This document shows, one piece after another, positions 28,005 through 37,268 of a DNA stretch of 64,000 nucleotides. The stretch comes from Candidatus Zixiibacteriota bacterium (GTDB lineage Bacteria; Zixibacteria; MSB-5A5; UBA10806; 4484-95). The position numbers and the translations under genes were made by a program. The stretch covers positions 256,001 through 320,000 of the forward strand of contig JBBIRK010000003.1 of assembly GCA_037441845.1 (NCBI GenBank), read 5' to 3'. How positions within the stretch are numbered: the stretch's first letter is position 1; every line of letters starts with the position of its first letter. The notes beneath the pieces were generated by a model. The model saw only the letters and a list, made by a program, of their open reading frames with translations. It had not been told where the DNA came from and ran no database searches.

Positions 28005-30353
28005 ATGGCATACTCGGGCGCGATAGACGGTTTGATCTCCGGGATGAATACGACGAATATCATCGAAACGATCATGAAATTCGAACGGCAGCGGGTGGAT
28101 CTTTATACCGCCCGTCAATCCGAACTTACCAATAAAATCACATCATGGAAATCAATCGAGGCGTTGCTTTTGGGATTCAAATCGCAGGCGTCGATTCTCG
28201 CCGACGAAAGATTTTGGTATGCCCGGTCGGTTGCGGTATCCGACAACGATGTTATCAGCGCCAGCGCATCGACGAACGCTTCTCCGGGTGTCTATTATTT
28301 GAATGTCAATCGGCTGGCAACCAACCACCAGATCGCCAGCCAGGGTTTCAATATCCAAGAACAAGCGATCGGAACCGGAACGGTAACGATTCAACTCGGT
28401 TCGGGACAAACAACGACGATAACCATCGATTCCTCAAACAACACACTTGTCGGCTTGAAGAACGCTATAAACAACGCCAACGCCGGTGTCAACGCCGCCA
28501 TAGTCAGCGACGGCTCTTATTCGAATCAGTACCGCTTGGTGTTGACTTCCAAAGAGACAGGTCTGAATTCCACGATCAGTTTCACCGCTAACCTCAGCGG
28601 CGGCACCGTCCCTGATTTTTCCACGCCCCAATTCGACGTTGTCGAAAAATTGAACTGGAACGGCAGCGCAACCTCCTCTCCCGCAGTCGGAGCTTCAGCG
28701 GCCTATACCGGGACCACCAACAAAACTTATACTTTCACCGTGGCCGGCTCCGGGTTGCAGACAGTCGGTTCCGGGGAAATTACACTCGATTGGACCGACG
28801 GCACAAACAGCGGCTCGATCGTAATAAATGCGGCAGACACCGATTTTGCGTTAAGTGGAACCGGTGCCGATGGGTTATCGGTGAGATTTTCGGCCGGTGT
28901 GCTCAACGGCGGAGACAAGTTCCAGATCCAGACTTTCGCTCCGGTGATTCAGGCGGCGCAGAATGCCGAGATTCAATTGGGCAGTTCGTCCGGGGGAGGT
29001 TCGCCGATAACGATAAGTTCGTCGTCGAACACCTTGAAGAACTTGATTCAGGGCGTAACCGTGGAATTACATGCTCTGACAACGCCGGGAAAGCCGGTGG
29101 AAATCCGAATCGAGGAAGATCGGAATCAGATAAAAGACCAAATCCGGGAATTCGTAAATAAGTATAACGAGTATCAGGATTTCGTCGATAAGCAGTTTTC
29201 CTATAAACAAGAAACAGGCGTCGCCGGAGTGCTTCTTGGCGAAGGTTCATTGTTGACTCTTCATAACGACGTCCGGGGTTTGCTGAGTCATGTTTACGAG
29301 GGCAGAACCACCGAATTGAGGATGCTTTCGCAGGTCGGCGTTAAATTCGACTCATCCGGGAAACTCAAATTCGACGAATCGGTGTTCAATAAGAAAATGG
29401 ACGACGATTTCCTTGGAGTCGTCAACCTGTTCAAATCGACGGCCACATCCGATTCCGAATTCATAGAATATGTATCCTCCACGGTGAGCACCAAAGCCGC
29501 CGTCGATGGCTATAAAGTCGATATCACTCAGGCGGCTCAAAGAGGAATGTACACCGGAGTAGGAATCGTCAACCCGTTGCAGACACCGTTGGTGATAGAT
29601 GCGACGAATAATGTTCTAAGGTTGAAAATCAATAATAACCTCAGCGGGCTGATCACTCTCGCTCCGAAAACTTACACCTCGGGGGCCGAGCTTGCCCAAG
29701 ATTTGGAAAACGCCATCAACAGCGACCGCACGGCCGCCGCGATAGGGGTCGATGTGGAGTGGGTCGACAACGGTGGAAACGGCAACCTTATATTATACAC
29801 GAGGACGTACGGTTCCAAATCGAGCATAACTATCGAAGATTCGACCGAAACCACCGCTCATTCAGTATTGGGTCTCACCGGCGGAACGGCGACCGCCGGG
29901 CAGGATGTGGCCGGCACAATCAACGGCGAGCCTGCCACCGGCAACGGCCAGTATTTGATAGGCAACTCGGACAATCAAAGCACCGCAGGCTTGAAATTGA
30001 AAATAACCGCAACGCCGGAACAGATTATCGACGGGGTCGAGGGGACCATACTGTTCAACAAGGGAATCGCAGCGCTGCTCGAGGAGAGGCTGAACAGATA
30101 CACTGACTCGTATGAAGGCATTCTTAAAGGCAGGACCGATGCCATTCAGAAGCAAGTGGATAATATCGCCAAGCAAATAACCGCGCTCGAGAAACAACTG
30201 GAGAGAAAGCGCGCCGCATTATACAAGCAATTCGCCGCTATGGAGGAGGCCCTCGGCAAATTGAAATCGCAGCAGGAGTATCTTGCCGCCGCGGTAAGTA
30301 ATCTCTCACAGCTGAGCGCAACCACGGGGACTAACGCAACTTTCGGTGGGTGA
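28005..30353 (+). CDS. fliD: Flagellar filament cap FliD, enlarged
   Basis: IDGLISGMNT..II..IM..ER, V.RLA..HQIAS, FV.KYN, L.KQFAAME..L..L.SQ..YL; start ATG 28005 after GAGG. Confidence 0.95.
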   Translation: MAYSGAIDGLISGMNTTNIIETIMKFERQRVDLYTARQSELTNKITSWKSIEALLLGFKSQASILADERFWYARSVAVSDNDVISASASTNASPGVYYLNVNRLATNHQIASQGFNIQEQAIGTGTVTIQLGSGQTTTITIDSSNNTLVGLKNAINNANAGVNAAIVSDGSYSNQYRLVLTSKETGLNSTISFTANLSGGTVPDFSTPQFDVVEKLNWNGSATSSPAVGASAAYTGTTNKTYTFTVAGSGLQTVGSGEITLDWTDGTNSGSIVINAADTDFALSGTGADGLSVRFSAGVLNGGDKFQIQTFAPVIQAAQNAEIQLGSSSGGGSPITISSSSNTLKNLIQGVTVELHALTTPGKPVEIRIEEDRNQIKDQIREFVNKYNEYQDFVDKQFSYKQETGVAGVLLGEGSLLTLHNDVRGLLSHVYEGRTTELRMLSQVGVKFDSSGKLKFDESVFNKKMDDDFLGVVNLFKSTATSDSEFIEYVSSTVSTKAAVDGYKVDITQAAQRGMYTGVGIVNPLQTPLVIDATNNVLRLKINNNLSGLITLAPKTYTSGAELAQDLENAINSDRTAAAIGVDVEWVDNGGNGNLILYTRTYGSKSSITIEDSTETTAHSVLGLTGGTATAGQDVAGTINGEPATGNGQYLIGNSDNQSTAGLKLKITATPEQIIDGVEGTILFNKGIAALLEERLNRYTDSYEGILKGRTDAIQKQVDNIAKQITALEKQLERKRAALYKQFAAMEEALGKLKSQQEYLAAAVSNLSQLSATTGTNATFGG

Positions 30354-30793
30354 ACTTGATGCAAGACCAATTGGGAACCTATCAACAGATGCATATTAGC
30401 GGCCTGAATCAAAAGGATCTGATCGTGTCGCTGTATGCCGGGGCTATCAGGTTTATGGAGCAGGGTAAAGAACGTATGGCTAAAAACGACATTCAGGGCA
30501 CGCACGACAATCTCAGCCGAGCCCGGAATATATTCGTTCATCTGCTATCGACGCTCGATATAGAGAAGGGCGGGGAAATAGCGCGTAAACTATCCTCGCT
30601 TTATGCTTATTTTATCGAAAAGATCACTGTGGCGAATGTAACCAAAAACCAGTCGGAACTAAATGAAATCCTGCCGCTTGTCAGGAATATCAAGGAGTCC
30701 TGGGAAGCCATCGAAATCGATGGAGACACGCTAAAAAATCCGCGGACAACCGGCGGGTTTGCGCCGATTTGTCGGTTTTCCGCTGAGGTATGA
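30350..30793 (+). CDS. fliS: Flagellin chaperone FliS
   Basis: LIVSLYAGAIRF, L.STLD.EKGGEIA..L.SLY.Y, IKESW. Confidence 0.93.
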   Translation: MNLMQDQLGTYQQMHISGLNQKDLIVSLYAGAIRFMEQGKERMAKNDIQGTHDNLSRARNIFVHLLSTLDIEKGGEIARKLSSLYAYFIEKITVANVTKNQSELNEILPLVRNIKESWEAIEIDGDTLKNPRTTGGFAPICRFSAEV

Positions 30794-30794
30794 C

Positions 30795-31208
30795 ATGAAA
30801 TCGACTGAGCCGTTTCACGATTTGTTGTTGCTGAAAGAACGTTGTTGCGCCGAATTGAAAGCTTTCCTGGATAAAGCCGTTAATGGAAACATGGCCCAAA
30901 GACCCTGGGGACTCGAGATAGTGGAAAAGGTGGATACTTATCTTCGAAGGATGAAGGATATCGATAGCGAACTCGCCGCAGCCGGCGCGGGCACGATCGA
31001 TAAAATAGATTCGGCATCATTGAATAAGACGCTGGATAATATCGAAAGCTCCTTGAGAGCGGCGATAAGCAACTTGAGATTGTTGCAGTTGCGATTCGCA
31101 GCCGCCAAGGCGCTGGTAGGGGAAAAACTAAAAACGGTTTCGGGCAGCAAAGCGATAAACTACCTCAACGCCGACATGCAAAATCTGTCCGAAATGGTCA
31201 GAAGCTGA
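30795..31208 (+). CDS. Helical protein downstream of fliS (FliT-like by position)
   Basis: ATG 30795 after GAGG; all-helical; synteny only. Confidence 0.5.
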   Translation: MKSTEPFHDLLLLKERCCAELKAFLDKAVNGNMAQRPWGLEIVEKVDTYLRRMKDIDSELAAAGAGTIDKIDSASLNKTLDNIESSLRAAISNLRLLQLRFAAAKALVGEKLKTVSGSKAINYLNADMQNLSEMVRS

Positions 31209-31245
31209 AGGCGGTGTTCTGTATTTTCCTGAATAGAGGAAAAAG

Positions 31246-31710
31246 ATGAGAATAGACGGCTCCGGATTGCCCGTTCGTTTCAATCGCGAAAATAGTAAAT
31301 CTGAACGGAGAGCGGACAAACCATCCGAACATCACGACTCGATCGACTTGCGTAAAACCGTCGAGCCTGAAAATCCGGTCTATTCGATCGAAATCCGTCG
31401 GTCGGACGATGAGGGTAAGAAACTACCGATCGACATATTGAGCGAATTGAGGCATAGATCCACCGATGGTTATTATGATAAAGATGAGATTCGCCGCAGG
31501 ACTTCGGAAAAAATAATCGACAGCGCCGAGTTCAGCGACGTGGTTTCCGATTTTTACAACTCGAGAGTTTCGAACGACGCAGCCAAGTATTCGTTAAACA
31601 ACGAGGAAAAGATCGCCGAAATGCGCAAAAAAGCGGCCACTGGTTTTTACGATGATCCTGCGAATTTCGGCGCTTTCGCCGATAAACTGATCAAGTATTT
31701 CGGTCTATGA
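31246..31710 (+). CDS. FlgM-like anti-sigma28 factor with two tandem C-terminal motifs
   Basis: MRIDG start, DSIDL, then ILSELRHRSTDGYYD...TSEKII and EKIAEMRKKAATGFYD...FADKLI. Confidence 0.55.
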   Translation: MRIDGSGLPVRFNRENSKSERRADKPSEHHDSIDLRKTVEPENPVYSIEIRRSDDEGKKLPIDILSELRHRSTDGYYDKDEIRRRTSEKIIDSAEFSDVVSDFYNSRVSNDAAKYSLNNEEKIAEMRKKAATGFYDDPANFGAFADKLIKYFGL

Positions 31711-31732
31711 CTGATTGAATTCCGATTGGATT

Positions 31733-32635
31733 ATGCCTGAAATCGCAACCGCCGCCGAAAAGAAGATAAAATCCATACTGGGCAGAATCAACAACCTGCC
31801 CACGCCGCCGATTGTATTCGCCCAAGTCAATAAGGTGCTGAACGATCCTGATACCTCGGCTTACCAAATCGGGGCGATATTATCTGAAGACCCGGCGCTC
31901 TCGGCAAAAATACTGAAAATGACCAATTCGGCATTTTATGGTTTGTCACGCACCGTGACCAGCGTGAAACAGGCGATCGTGATTCTCGGTCTTGATGCCG
32001 TCAAGAGTCTTGTGTTGTCGGCCTCGGTTTTCGATACGTTCGCCCGTCATTATAAAATCGATCGCGCATATCTCGATTTGTTCTGGCGGCATTCGCTGCA
32101 AGTAGCATTCATGGCCAGAATCATATCGAGGACGAAAAACTTCCCCTCTCTTCTCGAGGCCGAGGAATCGTTTTCGGCGGGACTTCTTCACGACATCGGA
32201 AGACTGGTGATATTCGCTCATTTGCCCGAAGAATTCGCCAAAATTTCCGCAAGCGCGGGCAATAATCATGGGGCGCACCTGGCAAGAATCGAGGAGGAAA
32301 TTCTCGGCTTCGATCATGCAGCCGTGGGCGGTCTGCTTTGTATCAAATGGAACCTGCCGCAGGGTCTCGGCGAGGCGATCTCCAATCATCATCAACCGGA
32401 AAACACGCCGGATAATATGACTACTCATATAATCCATGTGGCCGATTATCTTGCCTGGAAAGCCTCTATGGACGCCGACACGGTCGATGATAACGATATA
32501 AAATTGCCCGAAAAATGCGGACTTTCCTGGGAAAAGCTCAACTTGACGGAAGAAAAGGAAAAGAACCTGATCGAGACCTTGCGCACGGAATACGGCAAGG
32601 CGGAGACGTTCCTGAAAATGGCCCAAGGCGGATGA
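31733..32635 (+). CDS. HDOD domain protein
   Basis: LPTPP, DPALSAKILKMTNSAFYG, FWRHSL, AGLLHDIG, GFDHA.VG..L...WNLP. Confidence 0.93.
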   Translation: MPEIATAAEKKIKSILGRINNLPTPPIVFAQVNKVLNDPDTSAYQIGAILSEDPALSAKILKMTNSAFYGLSRTVTSVKQAIVILGLDAVKSLVLSASVFDTFARHYKIDRAYLDLFWRHSLQVAFMARIISRTKNFPSLLEAEESFSAGLLHDIGRLVIFAHLPEEFAKISASAGNNHGAHLARIEEEILGFDHAAVGGLLCIKWNLPQGLGEAISNHHQPENTPDNMTTHIIHVADYLAWKASMDADTVDDNDIKLPEKCGLSWEKLNLTEEKEKNLIETLRTEYGKAETFLKMAQGG

Positions 32636-32861
32636 CATTCCTCTCTTGAAACCATGAACTATGCACTTATAATAAGCGGCAATCCGACCATTTTACGTGG
32701 AACGCGTCTGGTTTTCGGTCAAAACCGCCGGCGATTGATGGAATGTTTGAATTGTAGCGGGGGAACCGGCCGATTCACAATTGGGTTTTCAAAGCAAAAT
32801 CTGAAAGTTTAATGAGGACGATATTACAAAATCATATAGAGGGGTGATGGTCAGTTTTCGC

Positions 32862-32891
32862 TTGACTGAGAAAAAGTATGGCTTTTATTAT
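32862..32891 (+). promoter_or_regulatory. Sigma70-type promoter for tRNA-Val/thrS
   Basis: TTGACT-N18-TATTAT in AT-rich DNA just upstream of the tRNA. Confidence 0.5.
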
Positions 32892-32905
32892 AAAATTTTA
32901 TTGAT

Positions 32906-32979
32906 GGGCGATTAGCTCAGATGGTTAGAGTGCTTGCTTGACATGCAAGAGGTCACTGGTTCGATCCCAGTATCGCCCA
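32906..32979 (+). tRNA. tRNA-Val(GAC)
   Basis: GGGCGAT/ATCGCCC acceptor, D-arm AGCTCAG..GG, anticodon arm CTTGC-TTGACAT-GCAAG, GGTTCGATCC; CCA not encoded. Confidence 0.96.
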
Positions 32980-33066
32980 TTTCGAGCGAGATTCGGAGAT
33001 GTGATTTAGACAGAATGATAAAAGTGAACATTCCGAGCCGATAGGCATTTAGTTATATCCAAAAAT

Positions 33067-34992
33067 ATGAAAATAACCTTTCCCGATAACAGCTCGCGCG
33101 AATATCCCAAAGGCGCGACGCCTTTGGAAATCGCCCGAAGCATCAGCCCCACGCTCGCCGCAAAAGCCCTGGCCGCTAAGGTAAACGACGTTCTCGTCGA
33201 TTTGAATCGCCCGATCGAATCGGATGCCCGTCTGGTCATTTGCACTTTCGATGATCCCGATGGTCGTGAGGTGTTTTGGCATTCTTCTTCGCACGTCATG
33301 GCCTCGGCCGTTCTGCGCTTGTTTCCCGATGCCAAACTGGCTATCGGTCCGGCGATCAGCGATGACTTTTCTGCGAGATTCTATTATGATATAGATGTCG
33401 ATAAAAAAATCAGCGACTCCGATCTGGAATTGATCGAAGCCGAAATGGCCAAGATCGTCGCCGCAAATCTGCCGTTCGTGAGAGTGGAGAAATCGCGTTC
33501 CGAGGCGCTGGCTGAATTCGCCCGAGATAACGACGTTTACAAAGCAGAGATCGCCCGCGAAATCGACGATGAAAAGGTGAGTTTCTACCGCCACGACGAT
33601 TTTATCGATATGTGCCGCGGGCCTCATCTACCCTCAACCGGACCGATCAAAGCTTTCAAGCTTCTCGGCGTCGCCGGGGCTTACTGGCGCGGCGATGAAA
33701 AAAACAAGATGCTGCAACGCATCTACGGAGTTTCATTCCCCGATCGCAAAATGTTGCAGGAACACCTCGATAAAATCGAGATGGCCAAACAAAGAGATCA
33801 TCGACTGTTGGGTAAATCGCTCGACCTGTTCTCCATTACCGATGAAATCGGCCCCGGCCTCGTTCTATGGCATCCCCGCGGCGCGCTGATCAGACATCTT
33901 ATCGAAAGTTTCTGGAAAGAACAGCATCTTAAAAACGGATACGATCTCGTTTACTCACCCCATATCGCCAGAATCGATTTGTGGAAACGTTCAGGGCATC
34001 TTGATTTTTACAAAGCGAACATGTTTCAACCGATTGAAGTCGAAAGCCAGCAATATCAACTCAAACCGATGAACTGCCCGTTCCATATCGCCATTTTCAA
34101 TTCGCGCAAGCGTTCCTACCGGGAGCTGCCGTATCGCTGGGCGGAGCTGGGGACGGTTTATCGATATGAGCGTTCAGGGGTGTTGCATGGCTTGCCACGG
34201 GTGAGGGGATTCACCCAGGACGACGCCCACGTGTTCTGCCGTCCGGATCAGCTGGCTGACGAACTCGTGCGACTGCTGGATTTTAATCTATTTTTCCTTA
34301 AAACCTTCGGGTTCGAAGACTACGAGACATACCTTTCTACCAGGCCGGAAAATTATATCGGCACAGAGGAGGATTGGGGAAAAGCCACCGACGCTCTTAA
34401 AGCGGCGCTTGAAGCCAGAAAATTAAATTATGAGATCGATCCGGGCGAGGGTGTATTTTACGGGCCTAAAATCGATGTCAAGATAAAGGATATGCTGGGC
34501 CGTTCTTGGCAGTGCACTACCATACAGGTCGATTTCAATCTGCCCCGACAGTTCGACATTACTTATATCGGCGAAGACGGTTCCGAACATAGGGGGGTGA
34601 TGGTGCATCGCGCACTGCTCGGCTCGATAGAAAGATTTTTCGGAGTCCTGATTGAACATTACGGCGGCGATTTCCCGCTATGGTTGGCGCCGGTTCAGGT
34701 TAAGGTGCTGCCGGTGGTCGATGAAGTCATTGATTATGCCGATGAAGTGGCAGCTCAACTTGCCCGCGCGGAAATCCGGGTTGAGGTCGATCGACGCAAT
34801 CAAAAAATCGGCTATAAGATTCGCGAGGCCGAAAATCTGAAAATCCCTTATATGCTGATTATCGGCAAGAAAGAGGCGGCCGAAAAAAAGGTTTCCGTAA
34901 GACGCCATAAAAAAGGTGACCTGGGGATGGTTGAGCTAACCGCCTTTCAATCCGAAATAATCGATAAGGTTAAAAATAAATCATTGGATTAG
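33067..34992 (+). CDS. thrS: Threonyl-tRNA synthetase
   Basis: TGS domain, HSSSHVMA, DMCRGPH, RDHR.LG, KPMNCP, RVRGFTQDDAH, MVHRALLGSIERF. Confidence 0.99.
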   Translation: MKITFPDNSSREYPKGATPLEIARSISPTLAAKALAAKVNDVLVDLNRPIESDARLVICTFDDPDGREVFWHSSSHVMASAVLRLFPDAKLAIGPAISDDFSARFYYDIDVDKKISDSDLELIEAEMAKIVAANLPFVRVEKSRSEALAEFARDNDVYKAEIAREIDDEKVSFYRHDDFIDMCRGPHLPSTGPIKAFKLLGVAGAYWRGDEKNKMLQRIYGVSFPDRKMLQEHLDKIEMAKQRDHRLLGKSLDLFSITDEIGPGLVLWHPRGALIRHLIESFWKEQHLKNGYDLVYSPHIARIDLWKRSGHLDFYKANMFQPIEVESQQYQLKPMNCPFHIAIFNSRKRSYRELPYRWAELGTVYRYERSGVLHGLPRVRGFTQDDAHVFCRPDQLADELVRLLDFNLFFLKTFGFEDYETYLSTRPENYIGTEEDWGKATDALKAALEARKLNYEIDPGEGVFYGPKIDVKIKDMLGRSWQCTTIQVDFNLPRQFDITYIGEDGSEHRGVMVHRALLGSIERFFGVLIEHYGGDFPLWLAPVQVKVLPVVDEVIDYADEVAAQLARAEIRVEVDRRNQKIGYKIREAENLKIPYMLIIGKKEAAEKKVSVRRHKKGDLGMVELTAFQSEIIDKVKNKSLD

Positions 34993-35003
34993 GAGGAACT
35001 GGT

Positions 35004-35537
35004 ATAATCAAAGAACGCGAGAATCGGGTTAATTACAAAATCAGAGTGCCCGAAGTAAGGCTGATAGGGGACGATGGAACCCAGATCGGGATCGTCAGCA
35101 CACAAAAGGCGTTGGAAATAGCCCAGAGCAAAGGGCTTGATCTCGTAGAAGTCGCTCCCGGAGTCAAACCTCCGGTCTGCAAAATAATGGATTTCGGGAA
35201 ATTTTCCTACGAGCAGTCCAAAAAAGCGAAAATCGCAAAGAAAAAACAACATACGATCCACTTGAAGGAGATGCGTTTCAGGCCCAAAACCGAAGAACAT
35301 GATTATCGGTTCAAGCTGAAACATATCATCGAATTCCTCAACCAGGGGAATAAGGTCAAGGTGATCGTCGTTTACCGAGGCAGGGAACTCGTGCATAAGG
35401 AACTGGGACTTAAAATCCTCGATCGAATCGTGGCCGATCTTGCAGACCACGGGGAGCCGGAATCGGAAGCCAAGATGGAAGGCAGAAATCTATCCATTAT
35501 TTTTCTCGCCAAAAAGACGGCCAAGAAGCCGGATTAA
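35004..35537 (+). CDS. infC: Translation initiation factor IF-3 (non-canonical ATA start)
   Basis: In-frame ATA at 35004, 7 nt after AGGAGG, gives ..RVNYKIRVPEVRLI; GLDLVEVAP..KPPVCKIMDFGK. Confidence 0.95.
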   Translation: MIKERENRVNYKIRVPEVRLIGDDGTQIGIVSTQKALEIAQSKGLDLVEVAPGVKPPVCKIMDFGKFSYEQSKKAKIAKKKQHTIHLKEMRFRPKTEEHDYRFKLKHIIEFLNQGNKVKVIVVYRGRELVHKELGLKILDRIVADLADHGEPESEAKMEGRNLSIIFLAKKTAKKPD

Positions 35538-35571
35538 CCGATGGCTTTAGCAGGCCGAGGATAAAATTTTG

Positions 35572-35600
35572 TTGATAATGGGATTACGGATAACTATATT
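35572..35600 (+). promoter_or_regulatory. Internal sigma70-type promoter upstream of rpmI
   Basis: TTGATA-N17-TATATT in the infC-rpmI gap. Confidence 0.5.
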
Positions 35601-35619
35601 GCACCGTGTGGAGTTATAA

Positions 35620-35814
35620 ATGCCTAAAATTAAGACAAATAGATCAGCTGCCAAGAGGTTCAAAAAAACCGGCACCGGCAAAATCAAGAGATCGTTCTCT
35701 TTCACCGGCCATATTCTGACCAAGAAAAGCAGGAAACGTAAACGGAAACTAGGAAAATCGACGATTGTGGATTCCGCCGACGTTAAGCGCGTCAAGCGTT
35801 TGATTCCATATTGA
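35620..35814 (+). CDS. rpmI: 50S ribosomal protein L35
   Basis: [20 protein letters not shown]; between infC and rplT. Confidence 0.98.
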   Translation: MPKIKTNRSAAKRFKKTGTGKIKRSFSFTGHILTKKSRKRKRKLGKSTIVDSADVKRVKRLIPY

Positions 35815-35836
35815 GTCTCGATTCAGGGAGCTTTCT

Positions 35837-36187
35837 ATGCCACGTGCAACCAATAACGTAGCCGCCAAACGCCGCCATAAAAAATTCTTGAAAGCGGCCA
35901 AAGGAAATTACGGCGGCAGACATAGACTATATCGCACCGCTCGAGAAACCGTCATGAGGGGATTGTATTATTCCTATCGTGACCGTCGCAATAAAAAACG
36001 GGAATTCAGAAGGCTGTGGATATTGAGAATAAACGCCGCCGTAAGGCTATACGGCCTGTCGTATTCCCGGTTCATCGATGGATTGAAGAAGCTCGGCGTA
36101 AATTTGGATCGTAAGGTTCTTGCCGATCTGGCGGTGCGGGATAACGACGGTTTCAAAAGGATCGTCGAGGCCGTCAAATCGGTTTAG
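35837..36187 (+). CDS. rplT: 50S ribosomal protein L20
   Basis: [32 protein letters not shown]. Confidence 0.99.
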   Translation: MPRATNNVAAKRRHKKFLKAAKGNYGGRHRLYRTARETVMRGLYYSYRDRRNKKREFRRLWILRINAAVRLYGLSYSRFIDGLKKLGVNLDRKVLADLAVRDNDGFKRIVEAVKSV

Positions 36188-36251
36188 GCGAGGGTTAATA
36201 ATCCCATATCCGACTTTCCCCGGGCTTTCTTTCGAAAGCTCATTGTGATAT

Positions 36252-37268
36252 ATGAGTGACATTATCGAAGAGATCGAGGCGCTCAAGAAATCCGCACTTA
36301 AAGCGCTGGATAATATCAATGATAAAAAGACCCTTGAAGATGTCAAAGTCGAACTTCTGGGGCGAAAAAGCCGCCTAAGCGAACTCTCCCGATCTCTCGG
36401 AAAGGTCCCGGCGGATATCCGGCCCAAAGCCGGCGCCGAATTGAACGAACTCCGCAGGACTATCCAAGAAAAAATCGATTCAATAGCCAAGGTAGTATCA
36501 TCGTCGAATAAAGCCGAAGATAAGATCGATTATACCTTACCGGTCAGAGCGGCTTTTCTGGGACACAAACATCCGCTGTTACAAACAGTCGATGAAATAG
36601 TGGCCATTTTCAAAGGCATGGGTTTCGACATCGCCGGAGGACCGGAAGTCGAAACCGAATATTATAATTTCGACGCTCTGAATACGCCTGCCGATCACCC
36701 CTCGCGTGATCTTTCGGATACTTTTTTTCTTTCGAACGGCATGCTGCTGAGAACGCATACATCTCCGGTGCAGATCAGAACTATGGAGAAGAATCGGCCG
36801 CCGGTGCGCATAATCGCCCCCGGTCGCTGTTATCGTTCCGATTGGCCCGACGCCTCGCATTCGCCCGTGTTTTACCAGTGTGAGGGGCTGTATGTCGATA
36901 TCGGCGTGAGCATGGCCGACTTGAAAGGCGTAATCACCGCTTTTGCCCGGGCTTTGTTCGGCAGCGAAATGCAGGTGCGTTTTCGGCCGCACTTCTTTCC
37001 TTTCACCGAGCCGTCGGTGGAATACGATTTCTTATGCGTTTTTTGCCGAGGTAAGGGGTGCAAAATCTGCAAACATGCCGGCTGGCTTGAAATTTCGGGC
37101 GCCGGCATGGTCGATCCGGAAGTGTTCAAGGCGGTCGGCTACGACAGTGAAATCTATTCCGGATATGCTTTCGGCATGGGGATAGACAGAATTACCATGC
37201 TGCGTTACCAAATCGATGATATCCGATTGCTCTACGAAAACGACGTCAGATTCATAAGGCAATTCTAA
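36252..37268 (+). CDS. pheS: Phenylalanyl-tRNA synthetase alpha subunit
   Basis: NFDALN.P.DHP.R, LLRTHTSPVQIR, FFPFTEPS, GYAFGMGIDR. Confidence 0.99.
   Translation: MSDIIEEIEALKKSALKALDNINDKKTLEDVKVELLGRKSRLSELSRSLGKVPADIRPKAGAELNELRRTIQEKIDSIAKVVSSSNKAEDKIDYTLPVRAAFLGHKHPLLQTVDEIVAIFKGMGFDIAGGPEVETEYYNFDALNTPADHPSRDLSDTFFLSNGMLLRTHTSPVQIRTMEKNRPPVRIIAPGRCYRSDWPDASHSPVFYQCEGLYVDIGVSMADLKGVITAFARALFGSEMQVRFRPHFFPFTEPSVEYDFLCVFCRGKGCKICKHAGWLEISGAGMVDPEVFKAVGYDSEIYSGYAFGMGIDRITMLRYQIDDIRLLYENDVRFIRQF

Noticed and set aside
32690..32705. parS-like CATTTTACGTGGAACG
   Set aside because: Several mismatches to TGTTNCACGTGAAACA, single copy, no parAB nearby
32980..33066. T-box leader before thrS (and before pheS)
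   Set aside because: Leaders are too short and lack the GGTGGNACC T-box motif
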